From Amphiscolops sp. MND2022 (taxonomy: Eukaryota): a DNA stretch of 64,000 nucleotides. The notes under the pieces are model-generated. The model saw only the letters and a program-made list of their open reading frames with translations, was not told the origin of the DNA and searched no databases. Positions 9,902 through 22,271 of this stretch are shown here, piece by piece. The stretch is taken from assembly GCA_964187785.1 (NCBI GenBank), contig OZ076409.1, positions 29,142,001 through 29,206,000 of the forward strand, read 5' to 3'. The first letter of the stretch is position 1. Every line of letters begins with the position of its first letter. The position numbers and the translations under genes were made by a program.

Positions 9902-12900
9902 ATGGACCCATCTGCGCGACACCGCCTGCCTGCACCCCAGAACGCTGCGCGTGCCCAACCATCCACAAGGAGCGTTCCACCTCCAATGATGAGCGAAATA
10001 GATGGTCGAGTCGACCAACTAGCTCTTGTCCAAGACACTCTACTAAACGGAGCGACACCCACAATGATCGCTGGCTTTGCCATGATCATCGCCCAAATCC
10101 AAGCTCAGGCAGAGTACCCTGATGTTAGCCTCACCATCACCAGCCGGGTCGGCCCGATAGAACGCTCTGCCACCTTTCGCGACGGTACCTGGCAAGGGTA
10201 TGACTTGACCCACAGCCTCATAGATCCTCGGTCCCACTTAGTCTATGGAGAGCCTACTAGGCCTCCCATGGACCAAGAGCGATCACTGCGCATTTCGCAA
10301 TCAGCATTGCAGACACAAACTACGACCCCGTTGCCCTCACCACACCCTGTGCAATTCAGCTGCACACTGCCAATCATGCCACCCCCAGTGCTAACACCGC
10401 CCATGCCTCTGGCATCGGAAGGCATCCGACTACTCACAACCCCATCTTCTAACTTCATGCTTCCATCTACCTTTCAGGGGGGAGGGGTGCAAGTAGACAA
10501 TACAACAAGCGCTACCCTGAGCGAAGAACAGCCCAGGAGAACGGTGACGTTCAAGGACTCATATGAAGAATTGACTCAAACGTCCTCCAGAACCGAATCA
10601 CAAGTCTCGGAACCTCCACAAGTCTCAGAACCAGCCAGCCTAGTAGGCTTCCAGATGGACCCACAATTCCGAGAACGTCAGCGAGAACAACAGAAAGCTA
10701 AAAGTAAGGCGGCCAACACCGTGGTAGACCTCCGGGAGAAGATTAAAGCTGGAAAGCGAGCTAGAGAGGCGGCCGGGCAAGGTAGGCAATCGAGCTCGAC
10801 CAGTATCCCGCAACCCCCGTCTACCTCGCCCACACAACCAGAAATCAGGAGACCTAGAATAACGCACGAATTCCTCACAAATGCAGAAAAACGACAGCTA
10901 GACATCACTGCACGCGACGCACTGCGTCTCAAGCGGGAAATACCAACCACGACGTCACCAGAAGACCCATTACAACAGAAGTTCGAGGTCGCTACAGGAA
11001 CAGGGGACCTTGCCAGTAGACAGAAAATAGAAAAAGCCACGGTAGGGGTACTCTACAATCGCCCCGTCAAGAAACCCGTGTTCACTCGGGATGGATGCCC
11101 CCCCTGGTTCAACCGCATGCGGGCAGAACTGGAGAGAGTGGATTCAACATACATGCGTGTTCCCGACGGCTTCCTCCGACAGCGCCCAGGCCGCTTTGAC
11201 GAAGACCGCTTGCGAACCAAGAACTATGCGAGGGACCCCATTACAATCCTGCCCATGGGAAAGGACCTCCTACAGAAAACCAGAATAGCCTTCTTCGTCG
11301 ACTCGACGATAAAGTCTTCTTTCAATTCCCACAATACCCTCATGGACGTCAGAATACTGAACATGCCCTGTACTACACTGAATGAAATGGCAGAGGTGAC
11401 TGATAAAATGTTCACCCAAGCGGGAACAGAGACTATCCCACTACCTCCGTTGTTGGTATATTCGAATGTGATAGACCACCTCGCTCTGCGAGGGACCCTG
11501 GAATTCTTCCGGCCAGACCATGAAAGGTTTACCGAGGGGTTCGTCACTGACGAGGTAACTAACTACGTGGAGACGATGGCCAATATTGCCCAAGCTATGC
11601 GCAGAAAGAAAGCCACCACTGGGACGGTGTTTATGTCACCTCCAGGCTACGTGTACCTTCCCCGGACCCTTCAGCAATTCTTGTACCTAATAATGGAGGC
11701 CGCGTACGCGAGAGATCTGGCTTTCTACATTGTGGCCCCTAATTTACGCATCAGTAACAATAGCTGGCGCCCCTGTGAAGCCTCATACCCAGCCTTCATT
11801 GCCGAAGTCTCCAAGGCCCTCCAATCATACGTCGGTTACCGCGGCAATTCCCAAATGATAGTGGATGAAGCAACAGCGTTCGATTATGGGATGGAAATGG
11901 CTCGTCGATCAATGAACGAGCGTGGAGACCGAATAGTGAATGATCCAAATGAAAATGAGCGCAATAACCTGGTGGATAACCTCTGGTTTGAACGCCGGGA
12001 CGAATCGACCATAGACGAGAAAACGCATGAGCCCAAGTTCCACAAAGAACTCACGAGTCTGATGAAGGAAACCGAAACGATTCAAAGTGATAGGAAGAAT
12101 TCCTCTATCTTCCCTATAGCACAAATATCGTTGGACGCTGAACCTGGGCAAAGATCACCCACATTAGCCATGCTGTTGATACTGGCTCAAGATATTGTAC
12201 GAAGGAATGCTCAAGAGCCAACACACACATACCAAACATGGCACGATCAACTGCGAGAACCTCTGGGCCAAGTCGCGGACCGGCTAGGCATATCATTTCC
12301 CGTATTCCTCCATAACATCTCTCCCTTCTGGCTTCCTTCCCTAGTACAGGCCGAGTACGGCCTGGATGAGCAGCGAATGCGACTATACATGGAGGCCATG
12401 GAAAGAGCCACCATTAGTGAAATACTAGCGTATTTGATGGCCGTGGGGTTGACCATGATGTACCGAGGACCGTCAGCCCTCATACAAAAGTTCGTGCTCA
12501 ACAAGGGAGGCTCAGCCCTGTTCAGCTTCCTGGTCTTTTCGCAGAATCAAAGGAGTTGGATATCTGCGCTCATTAAAACTCTGGACCCAGCGGGTTCCTT
12601 GAAGTTAAAAGCGCAACTAGATTTGAACATTCAAGCACTTCTAGTGTGGATTTATTCCACTTGGGTCAATGTTTCTGGCGTTATGCATCCTCTGGATGAG
12701 TGCCCAGCTATTAACCGAGATCCCAGTCAGCTTCCAGGGTTCCTGTTCCCTACACAAATAGCAACGTTGATGCTCGTGGAAACAGAGGACCTGATCCCAC
12801 TCATTGCTCCTGTAATCTGGCCTATCTTCGGCGCAGTTATGGCCTTGCGCTATCCAACGCAGGCCTTGCGAGTGGCAGCAGTAGCCCCATCCCTCTCGAT

Positions 12901-13987
12901 CCTACACTTCGTGACCTCTAATGGGCCCCTTCAGGGTCCCACCTATCAATCAGTGATACACAGCTTTGCCAACTTGCGACCTCCCATGGCATACACCATA
13001 ATCAAAGACCGCCAACAAGTGGAGCACAACTATCTTACGTTGATCAAAGCGCGAGCACGCAGCTCGCTCCCATTGCCAATGGAAATCCACCCGGTCGTTT
13101 GGCTACATACCCCCCTCAATCCAAACAATGGAGCAGTGGCAACGTTTGATGGGTGGGACGTGCCAGTTGTCCTGCGTATCTTGAGAGCGATTATCCAAAG
13201 ATTGGGTGGTCGCCGAAAAGGAGAAGAACCTACTAGGTTATTATATCCCTATGCGTGTGACACTTCCAGAGCATACTGTGCAAGAGCGGAGCCCCGTGAG
13301 CATACCGCCAGAATTTTAAATACCATTACGTGTTGGGCCCAGCCGGAACTCGTAGACCTCCCTATCCACCAGACCTTTCAACAGCTGCCAACGACTATTC
13401 CAACAGTAGCAAGAGAACCAAGCAGGAAAGATCTGCCCGTGAGCACTGACGTTCCCAGCAACCCGCGCATTGCGCTAGAGATATTCGTGCGCCTGCATGG
13501 TCTCCAGCGAGAACATATTCGAGCTGTAGGCGAAGAATACGCTAGGGGAATACAAACATTCAAGCAGCTATTCACCCAGCATGGTCATCAAGAATTGGCG
13601 GACGGACTGCCGAACTTAGAGCCAACCGAAGCTATCCCAGGGATCAGCGACTTGAGCGAAGCTGCCTCTGGCAGCTCTCGCACCGTCCTTCCCACACCCC
13701 ACCTCACTCAAGACACCGATGAATTATTGGTAGAAGGGGTACAAGACGATGTCCCAAACGTCATGCCACCATCAGAGGAGCCTATGACCGACAACAACTT
13801 CACGCTCTCTGATGCCACTACTCCTGTAAGAGACGAAGCGGAGACTAATATCTCAAACATGGAGGCAGCGGACATAGAGTCAGAGCTTAACAACTTACTG
13901 ACAATAGATGAAGAATACCAAAATACAGTGGACACCATGGGCAGCACTTCCATGCAAGAAGCCCCACAGAACCAGCTGTTGGAGTAA
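9902..13987 (+). CDS. ORF3 of element A, ~1361 aa, unknown function, with an SGNH-hydrolase-like segment
   Basis: Uninterrupted 4.1-kb ORF between pol and the PPT (first ATG 9902). RIAFFVDS resembles SGNH block I. Confidence 0.85.
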   Translation: MDPSARHRLPAPQNAARAQPSTRSVPPPMMSEIDGRVDQLALVQDTLLNGATPTMIAGFAMIIAQIQAQAEYPDVSLTITSRVGPIERSATFRDGTWQGYDLTHSLIDPRSHLVYGEPTRPPMDQERSLRISQSALQTQTTTPLPSPHPVQFSCTLPIMPPPVLTPPMPLASEGIRLLTTPSSNFMLPSTFQGGGVQVDNTTSATLSEEQPRRTVTFKDSYEELTQTSSRTESQVSEPPQVSEPASLVGFQMDPQFRERQREQQKAKSKAANTVVDLREKIKAGKRAREAAGQGRQSSSTSIPQPPSTSPTQPEIRRPRITHEFLTNAEKRQLDITARDALRLKREIPTTTSPEDPLQQKFEVATGTGDLASRQKIEKATVGVLYNRPVKKPVFTRDGCPPWFNRMRAELERVDSTYMRVPDGFLRQRPGRFDEDRLRTKNYARDPITILPMGKDLLQKTRIAFFVDSTIKSSFNSHNTLMDVRILNMPCTTLNEMAEVTDKMFTQAGTETIPLPPLLVYSNVIDHLALRGTLEFFRPDHERFTEGFVTDEVTNYVETMANIAQAMRRKKATTGTVFMSPPGYVYLPRTLQQFLYLIMEAAYARDLAFYIVAPNLRISNNSWRPCEASYPAFIAEVSKALQSYVGYRGNSQMIVDEATAFDYGMEMARRSMNERGDRIVNDPNENERNNLVDNLWFERRDESTIDEKTHEPKFHKELTSLMKETETIQSDRKNSSIFPIAQISLDAEPGQRSPTLAMLLILAQDIVRRNAQEPTHTYQTWHDQLREPLGQVADRLGISFPVFLHNISPFWLPSLVQAEYGLDEQRMRLYMEAMERATISEILAYLMAVGLTMMYRGPSALIQKFVLNKGGSALFSFLVFSQNQRSWISALIKTLDPAGSLKLKAQLDLNIQALLVWIYSTWVNVSGVMHPLDECPAINRDPSQLPGFLFPTQIATLMLVETEDLIPLIAPVIWPIFGAVMALRYPTQALRVAAVAPSLSILHFVTSNGPLQGPTYQSVIHSFANLRPPMAYTIIKDRQQVEHNYLTLIKARARSSLPLPMEIHPVVWLHTPLNPNNGAVATFDGWDVPVVLRILRAIIQRLGGRRKGEEPTRLLYPYACDTSRAYCARAEPREHTARILNTITCWAQPELVDLPIHQTFQQLPTTIPTVAREPSRKDLPVSTDVPSNPRIALEIFVRLHGLQREHIRAVGEEYARGIQTFKQLFTQHGHQELADGLPNLEPTEAIPGISDLSEAASGSSRTVLPTPHLTQDTDELLVEGVQDDVPNVMPPSEEPMTDNNFTLSDATTPVRDEAETNISNMEAADIESELNNLLTIDEEYQNTVDTMGSTSMQEAPQNQLLE

Positions 13988-14558
13988 AGGAGTCCTCTGG
14001 ACCCTCCAAGACCGTTGGAATACAATTAAGCACAAAAGACCTTATCATCAAAGCATTGATGCCAACTCTTGATTTTAGTTGTGCTACACCATCTTACTGG
14101 TGCTGAAAACTTTCGGTGCAATAAAGCTTGATTTCAAAATTTTGTTTGATATATATTTTACTATGCTACCAATGCAACAATGCAATATAGCTACATCCTC
14201 TGGGCGGGTCCCGGTTCGGTGCCCTCCCGTTTTGATTTGAATTTAAAACTTCTACTAAGCCCAAAAGTTGTTGTTACTCACTTGGCCGCGCAGGGGTCCA
14301 ATTTTAGAAAAAGAAATTTTAACTTGAACTGAGTGATTAGTGAAAAAACTTTTTTTTAAAAGATCCGACTGTAGAGTTTTTAACCTAGAAACCAGTGCTT
14401 TTTGAATTTGATGGCTTTAGAGTGCTAAACATGCAGTAACGAAACGAAAAGAATAGTAATGTGAAATCAACATAGTCTTGATGTAAGACCTTTTCTGTAA
14501 ATCTCAGAGTACCTTTTGGGTGCGAGCATCCTCTCGTTTGCCGAGGACGACAAACTAC

Positions 14559-14571
14559 GGCCCGGGGAGGA
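14559..14571 (+). promoter_or_regulatory. Polypurine tract of element A
   Basis: GGCCCGGGGAGGA immediately before the LTR start TGTAAC. Confidence 0.8.
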
Positions 14572-15292
14572 TGTAACGTCCACCAGTCAACACCAAATTT
14601 TCGATGGAAAATTCGATCAAGAACCAGAAAATGTGCGAATCAAAATGGCCGACCTGGCAGGTCGTTGAAACCCAAAAATGAAAAAAAAAGAACACGCGAA
14701 CAGGAAGAACAACAGGAGATGATAAAGAAAGGAAGCAAAACGACTGTTGACATGAAGATTCACTCGGTGCAGAATACGACGAACGCTACCCGGTGCTATG
14801 CCATCCCTCTGGGAGAGAAAGCAGAACTGTTCTAGAATGGCATGACTGGATCCCCGAAAATCTACAAACAGTAACTGTATTCTCACTTGGGGCTTATCCC
14901 CCTTTAATTTGTTAATTTATAATGCACTTTGTTATTTCCCCCATGCCTGACCTTCTAGGTCAGCATTTCATGTCCATAACTGTCGAAATGACATTTTTCG
15001 GATAAACATCTTTTTGGACCTCGGAAGTATGTAGGAGATGGCGGGAACGCGCTAAAAACCTTAGGATTTGTTTTTACAGGCTTGTGGGGCGTGTCCGGAC
15101 TTTGAGAGTGCCGGCACGTCGCCTCGGAGCTCTAACTAGAGGAGCCTCCTTAGACGTTAGAAAAGTCCCCCATGGAGACCATTTTGGGATCAAAAACTAG
15201 TGTTTAGGAGTGTAGTAAGACAACGGTCTCCTGTTTAAGCACCCTAGGCATTGTCCCTCTTCCTAGATGTGCGCCGCTAGCCGGACGTTACA
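14572..15292 (+). repeat. 3' LTR of element A (721 bp)
   Basis: Perfect 10-bp terminal inverted repeat TGTAACGTCC...GGACGTTACA directly after the PPT; partner LTR not in window. Confidence 0.88.
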
Positions 15293-15417
15293 AGTCGTCA
15301 AAGCACTTGGGGAATTGAACTCGTAACCTTTTGGTCCAAAATCTTGCGATGTTTTTCTGATTTATCTTTTCGCTATATTCCATGGTAGGAAACTTGATCT
15401 TCGGCGTGATAAAATGT

Positions 15418-17266
15418 AACAAGACGCCCGCTGAGCAGCGGGATACTTTCCGCACCACACTGTTCTACAACAACATAAATTTGAGGCACAAGAATAGCCA
15501 ATCCACTATAAAAACGCATAGAAATTCGAAGAAAAGAAAGCTTTGATTCACCTCAGCCCATTTTTGAGGGAAATACTTAATTTATTATTTCTGCGATAGC
15601 GGGCCACTTTTCGTTTTTTTCGGCACTATGCGACTTACTGAGTAAAGAGAAATTTTTCGCAATTTATAGTTTTTGAGATTTTCTATAAAAAGTAATAAGT
15701 TTCCCGAGTCTTGAGGGTGAGCCCATCTTACTTTTGATCACGTGGAACTGATGAGTTTTCTTATTGATTGTGCAAAACACCTCAATTCAGTTTTTTCAGG
15801 TCTGTGCGTGTTTCTGAAACTTTCATTTGGTCGAAGGGTCCCCCCTTGCATCCATAGCTGATTTCGGCTTGAGAAAACTAATTTTGCGAGTTGAAACTAT
15901 TTTCGCCATCGTAGAACTTTACCAAAAAATTCAAATAGGATTTTTTGTGATTCCTGTTGAGGAAAAAGTGGTTGCTGAGCCTCAGGCGTACCTATTGGGG
16001 TAGTTTTCACACTGAGGAATTGGCAAAAATTTGGACATTTCCAACTTTTTGCTGTCAAATTTGAGCCATTTTCTATCCAAAGTCTGCAAATATTCCTTAC
16101 AAAGCCTACTGATTTTGAGTTCGATCTTTGTTGATTCTTTGCCAATAGTCTGACTCCAAAACGACATAAAAAGTACCCATATGTTGCATCAAAACGTGAA
16201 GATGTTGAAATTTTTGGACTCATTTGAAGTCATTCTGAAGTGTTTTTGAAACAAAAAGCCGCAACATTCTCTCCGAAAAATTGCTGTATAGCTTGTTCTT
16301 TCGTTGTTGACTGTGCTGGAACTTGACAATTTCAGAATCAATTTGAGGCATTGTTCTTTTACAAAATGACTTTATCTCTTGACGAAAGCTCACTCAAACA
16401 ACCAGTTTCCCCATTGTTTAGAGGTTTCAACACTCTAGTCCACGAAGTCTATCGATACTTTGACTAAAATTGAACGAAAATTGTGAAAAACAGGAATTTT
16501 TTGAGTTTTTGTTTTTTTTGAAGTCAATTCCAGATTTTTTTCGTTTGAATAACTGCGTTTATCTCGTCACTAAGCATACTGAACATTACATGCTTTCTTC
16601 GTTGACCCTTTTCAACATTCCAACCTGCAAAGTTTGTCGAAAAATATTGGAAAAAAATGTTAAAGAAACTTGTGAAAAGTGCAAAAGTCGGGGTTTTTTG
16701 TCTTTTTTGTTGTCAATTTGAGATATTTTTCAATAATAAAACTGTCATTATCTCTTCAGAAAAGCCTGTTGGACAACAAACTCTTTCCTTGCTGACCCTT
16801 TTCACATTCCAATCCACGAAGTCTGTCAAAAGTTTGACTGAAATTTGCATTAAAAAATTTGCAAAAATGAAATAGTTTGGTTTTGTCATTTTCGTTGTCG
16901 AATTGAGATCTTTTTCTTTTGGAAAACAGCAATTATCTCTTTATAGAAGACTATTGGACAACGAGTTTGTCCCTTGTTGACAGTTTTCAACATTCTAATT
17001 TACCATGTCTATGGCAAAATTGACAAAACTGCCTTAAAACGTAAAAGTTTCTCATTTTTGGGTCATTCTGGGGTCCTTGGGGTCAACCAAAAAAGTCGAG
17101 AAGCCGCCACAAATTCATATCGCTTGGAGATAAACTTATGTGAGTTGAATTCTATGGGTAATAGCCTTAAAGTTAAATATAAATTTGGTGTTTGGCAAAT
17201 TTTGTTAAAAAAACCTGTTTGATTTAAATAATTTCTTTTCCCATATGGAATATGGGCGGAAAATAA
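15418..17266 (-). mobile_element. Non-autonomous Helentron-type element (HINE-like), family 2, copy A
   Basis: Homologous to 18576-21513. Minus-strand 3' end has hairpin CCCGCT-gctc-AGCGGG then GTCTTGTT; the other end reads ATATGGGCGGAAAATAA. Confidence 0.65.
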
Positions 17267-18189
17267 CATAAAGATCCAAATAAAATAAGGTAAGAAAGAG
17301 CTAATCCTTCATTCATGCATTGTTTGCGTTCTTCGTCGTTTGAGTACACGTTCTGTGCGGAAACATTCGTAATTGAACAGACTTTGGCGTGAAGTTTTGT
17401 GCCAACTCCGTCAAACGCCAAATTAAAATTTTCAATATCAATTTCGACTAAAACGAGAAACAGCTGAACTCAAGAGGCAGAAAGAACTTCGAACCTTGAG
17501 AAAATAATACGTGCTAACAATAATTGTCGCAAGCAGCTATTAGAACCCGCTTTGTTTTGAAATGAAAAGTAATTAAATTTAATTTTGCTTCTAAAATCTT
17601 GTTACAAAGATCAGAAAAAATTTTTTCAAGAAATCAAATTCCACATTCTTTAGCAATGAAATTTATGCAACTTTATTCATTAACCGAATAGTGATCTACT
17701 TTGACCGCCCATATTCCGTAATAGTACGCGCGACGTTCTACATATATGGAAGGAATGTATATGTGGTAGTGACAATTGTGAGTTTGGTCATTTTTCATCA
17801 TTTCGGTGATCAGAAGCTAAGGTAAATTAACTGCCGGGCGGGATATCGGGTTTGAACTTTGTAATTTTAGTGATTTTTAGCTTCTTTTGTAAATATGCTG
17901 CACAGGTATACTGAAGCAGAAGCTTTCCGCTGTGATTTTTTTTAGTTTTTGAAACTTTGCAATTATATTGATATCAGAAAAGGGTAAAGTGCATTTTTTT
18001 CTTAGTTTTTGATCATACTCATGACTGATTTCTTAGGAAATTAGATTGCGATAGACTTTTTTCCATGAATTGCAAATAATTCGTTAAAACTGTAAAACTT
18101 TGACCAATTTTGACGGATCGACGAACCGGAACCTAAAACAGCCCGTTCAAAGAAACGAATCGACTGCTTGCTCAGATTCTACTGCCTAC

Positions 18190-18378
18190 CTTCAAATTCT
18201 CGCTCATGTAGTAGGGCTTGGCATCGGAGCCATCGTTTCGCTCGGAGTCCTCGCAGAAGCAGAGGAAGATGGTGTCCACTATCATCTCGTACACGGACAG
18301 GAACACGTGGGCTATGATGTACGCCGCCAGAGCCCCCAGGGCTATGGGGATTGCCTGGATCTCTATCTCCTCATTCGC
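18190..18378 (-). CDS. SLC44A1: Choline transporter-like (SLC44/CTL1-like) exon, near C-terminus
   Basis: Translates AYIIAHVFLSVYEMIVDTIFLCFCEDSERNDGSDAKPYYMSENLK, the SLC44 signature region; AG/GT borders, phase 0/0. Paralog assignment tentative. Confidence 0.93.
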
Positions 18379-18575
18379 CTGAAAACAAAGATCAATATAT
18401 TCAGTGCTGACTGGAAAAGGGAAACTGACATGAAAAAATAGCTGAATTTACAACTTCCTTTCAAACAACTTTGAATGTAAAACTCCCTTCCCATCAGCTT
18501 TTAGTGTCGGAATAGAAGCTGGTCGGATGAAGATTTTTTGTTTGAACTTGAATGTAACTACCAATCGATGAAGTG

Positions 18576-21513
18576 AACAAGACGCCCACTGAGCAGCAAG
18601 ATATTTTCCGCCCCAAACTGATCTACAGCTACATAAATCTGAGCCTCAAGAATAGCCAATGCACTATAAAAACGCGAAGAAATTCGAAGAAAAGAAAACT
18701 TTGATTCATCTCAGCCCATTTTTGAGGGAAACACTTAATTAATGATTTCTGCGATAGCAGGCCACTTTTCGTTTTTTTTCGGCACTATGCGACTTACCGA
18801 GTAAAGAGACATTTTTCGCAATTTTTAGTTTTTGAGGTTTTCCATGAGGGTAATAAGTTTCCCGAGTCTTGAGGGTGAGCCCTTTCTTCCTTTTGACCAC
18901 GTGGAACTGATGAGTTTTCTTATTGAAGAGAATTTTTTTCGGGAATTTTTTTCGAAAACAAGTATTTTTCGCAATTTATAGTTTTCCCAAGTCTTCAGGG
19001 TGACCTCTTTGTTAGTTTTGATCATGTGGAACTGATGAGTTTTCTTTTTGATTGTGGAAAAGACCTCACTTCAGTTTTTTCCCTCTCTGTGTGTCTTTCC
19101 GACACTTTTATTTGGCCGAAGGGTACCCCCTTGCTTTCATAGCTGATTTCAGCCTGAGAAAAGTAGTTTTGCGAGCTGAAACTTGTTTCGCCATCTTAGA
19201 ACTTTACCAAAAAATTCAGAAAATTGGATTTTTTGTGATTTTTGTTGGGAAAAAAGTTATTTCCATGTCTAAGGCGTTTCTCTTGGGGTAGTTTTTGGCA
19301 CTGTGAAAACAGAGTAAAAGTTTGAAAATAAGCCCTTTACAATGTTAAGACTATTGTGCTATCTCGGGTTGTTATATTATTGCACATAGTTTAACCAGAA
19401 GGAAACCAGTTTGAGGAAATTTTCTGATTTGAATCTACAGATGTCTCTTCAAAAGTAATCCTACTGGACACCAAGTTTAGTTGTCGTTGAATGCTTACAC
19501 CATTCTTTCCCACGAATTAGCTCTGAAAATGTTCCTTCGAAAGGTGAACTTCAGATCTAGTAAGATCAGAAAGATTTTTGTAAGTGTGCGAATAAATTTG
19601 TCTGACATCTTTTCAAACCACTACCGGTAGCTACACGTTTGAATGTTGACCCGATGGGTTTTCTGATTGAAGTTAATTCTCGAAAAGTGTCCAAAATTGG
19701 GTCTATGTTGTTGAAACTTGAGAAACTTCGGAAGTTTTGAAACCGTTGTTGTTAATTCGATGAACTTCATCTTTTTTCCCAAATAGCGCTTTGAATACCC
19801 TTTTGTTTCAGCGCTCAGGTCAATGGAAGAGGTTTTTTTCTCCAAAACTTTTGCGGTTTGAACAAAAATTGGGTTTCATTTGTCAAAAAACCAAAAAAAA
19901 CTGGTTTTCTGTTGTTCCATGGATTTTGGGGTGTTTTTGAGGCCATTTCCAACAAAAAAGCAGTTATGTCTTCAGAATTGCATACTGGATACCAGGATTA
20001 GTCAATGTTGAGTTTTTCAAACCATTTTATGCCAGTAAGTAGTTCAAAATGTACAAAAGCTGCCTTAAATGTAAAAAAAACTTGAAAATTATCAGTTTTT
20101 GCAATATTTCTGTCATTATGAGAAAATTTTATCTCAAAAGATGCAAATTTCTCTCTATAAAACGTGCTGTGGACCTCGTTTCATCATCTAGAGCTTTAGG
20201 AAGCTTTTATTTTATCAAAATTTTCTAATCTCAAAAAAATTCAAATCCCCAAAACCATTCAAAAAGTACACATAAGTTGCATAAAAGCGAGGATGTTGAA
20301 AATTTTCGACTCATTTTGAGTCATTTTGAAATGTTTTTGAAGCAAAACGCTGGAACGTTCTTCCAAAAAATTGTAATGCAAACCTCGTTTTTCCGCTTTT
20401 GATGGTATTAGAACGTATAACGAACGCTCTCGGAACCTGTAGAGATATTGCATCAAAAAGGACAAAAATTTTGACTTTTTCGACACTTTCAGGGTCAATT
20501 TAAGGCATTTTTCTTACATAAATTGAAGTTATCTCTCGACGAAAACTCACCCAATTAACAACTTTGCTCCTTGTTTAGGGGATCTAGTTTTCTTGTAACC
20601 GAAGTCTATCGATAGTTTTAGAAGACTAAGTGAAAAATGATGAAAATCGGAAAATTTTTGATTTTTCGACTTTTTTGATGTCAATTCCAGACAATTTTCA
20701 ATTGAAAAACTGCATGCATCATCTCACAAAGCATACTGGAGAAAACATTTTTTCCTTGTTAATCCTTTTCAACATTCCAATCCACGAAGTCTGTCGAAAT
20801 ATAAAACAAATGCATAAACACCTTGTAAATTGGCAGTTTTTGGGGTATTCGTTATTTTTGGAGTCAACTTGAGACATTTTTCATTCATAAAACTGCAATT
20901 ATTTCTTCATAGAAGCCTACTGGACAACGAATTTGTGCCTTGTTGGACGTTTTCAACTTTCTAATCCACGATATCTAAAAAAAAATTGAGAAAAATTGCA
21001 TTGAAACGTCAACAATTCTTTCCTTGCTGACCCTTTTCAACAATCCAATCCACGAAGTCTGTCAAAAGTTTGACTAAAATTTGCATAAAAAACATTCAAA
21101 AATAAAAAAATGGGTTCTTTGTCATTTTCGGTGTCAATTTGAGATCTTTTTCCTTTGGAAAACAGCAATTATCTCTTCATAGAAGACTATTGGACAACGA
21201 GTTTGTGCCTTGTTGAGCGTTTTCATCATTCTAATTTACCATGTCTATGGAAAAACTGACAAAAACTGTTTTAAAACGTAAAAGAAATCTCTCTTTTGGG
21301 GTCATTTTTGGGTCATTTTGGGGTCTTCGGGCTCTACTAATAATATCCAGAAATCTCCTCAAATACATATCGCACGAAGCTAAATTATGTGAGTTAATTC
21401 TATGGGTAACACCCTCAAAGTTAAATATAAATTTGGTGCTTGGCAAATTTTGTAAAAAAAATCGTTTGATTCAAATACTTTCCTTTTCCATATGGAATAT
21501 GGGCGGAAAATAA
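18576..21513 (-). mobile_element. HINE-like element family 2, copy B
   Basis: Perfect 12-bp subterminal inverted repeat TATTTTCCGCCC (18602) / GGGCGGAAAATA (21501); same termini as copy A; internal sub-repeats. Confidence 0.68.
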
Positions 21514-21761
21514 TAATATATAACCACAAGCTGGAAAAAATATTTTTCAGCTGTTTAAAGAGCTCACATTTTCACCCATGCACACAAGTTAAACTCTAAT
21601 TCAATTTTTCAGTTTGCATTCCGTTTGACAATTAATTTTTGAAAAAGCTGATTCCCTGTAAATGAGGGAGAAAAGTGCTTCGTGATAAATCTTTCTCCAT
21701 TAATGATTGTTTCGATTAGCTTTTGTACAGGTGGACAATAATAAATAGTATGGCAAGTGAC

Positions 21762-21928
21762 CTCTGTTATTTGCATGCCGATGACAACGACCACGATGAC
21801 GACAAGAATCTTGGCCAGAAAGAGACAGAAGTCGCCCACTGTGTTGAGGGCCATCAGTCGCAGGGCATTGCTCACGAGCAGTGTAAAACCTCGTTTGGCC
21901 GCCTTGCAGAAGTGGTAGCCATAAATTG
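21762..21928 (-). CDS. SLC44A1: SLC44/CTL1-like exon
   Basis: AIYGYHFCKAAKRGFTLLVSNALRLMALNTVGDFCLFLAK; AG/GT borders, phase 1/0 consistent with neighbours. Confidence 0.92.
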
Positions 21929-22155
21929 CTGCAAACAAAATATAGTGTGAAGTCATAGCGTGGGCAAGTGAACTCCGTGCGAGCTGAAAGAATTAGCTAT
22001 ATTATGTTATGATAATGATGATGAGCAAAACTTAAATATAAATCATGACATGATCATGAAATGAAATTTGAATATATTACCTAGTTTCCATCAATGAAAA
22101 TGCGATATGAACTATATTCCAGGTGAAACCTGTGAATTTATGTTGAATTAATTAC

Positions 22156-22271
22156 CTGTCATAATGTATGCGTTGCGGTTGATGAACTTGAGGAAGTTCT
22201 CCAGACACCACAGACAGCAGAACATGCACTTCAGAACCAGGGTCGCAATTATGTTCTTCGAGGCCCCGAGT
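22156..22271 (-). CDS. SLC44A1: SLC44/CTL1-like exon
   Basis: KCMFCCLWCLENFLKFINRNAYIMT signature; AG/GT borders, phase 2/1. Confidence 0.94.

Larger units (their letters stand above)
1..15292 (+). mobile_element. Ty3/Gypsy LTR retrotransposon A (5' LTR outside window), gag-pol plus extra ORF3
   Basis: Domain order gag(CCHC)-PR-RT-RH-IN, followed by ORF3, a polypurine tract and an LTR with TG...CA inverted termini. Confidence 0.95.

Noticed and set aside
9902..13987. ORF3 as a classical retroviral env
   Set aside because: No evident signal peptide or C-terminal membrane anchor; the C-terminus is acidic and low complexity.
15305..15345. tRNA-like B-box on the minus strand next to the LTR
   Set aside because: Too short and degenerate; probably a SINE or repeat fragment.
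18100..18441. Plus-strand 113-aa ORF (and similar ORFs at 21723 and 23571)
   Set aside because: Shadow frames opposite real SLC44 exons.
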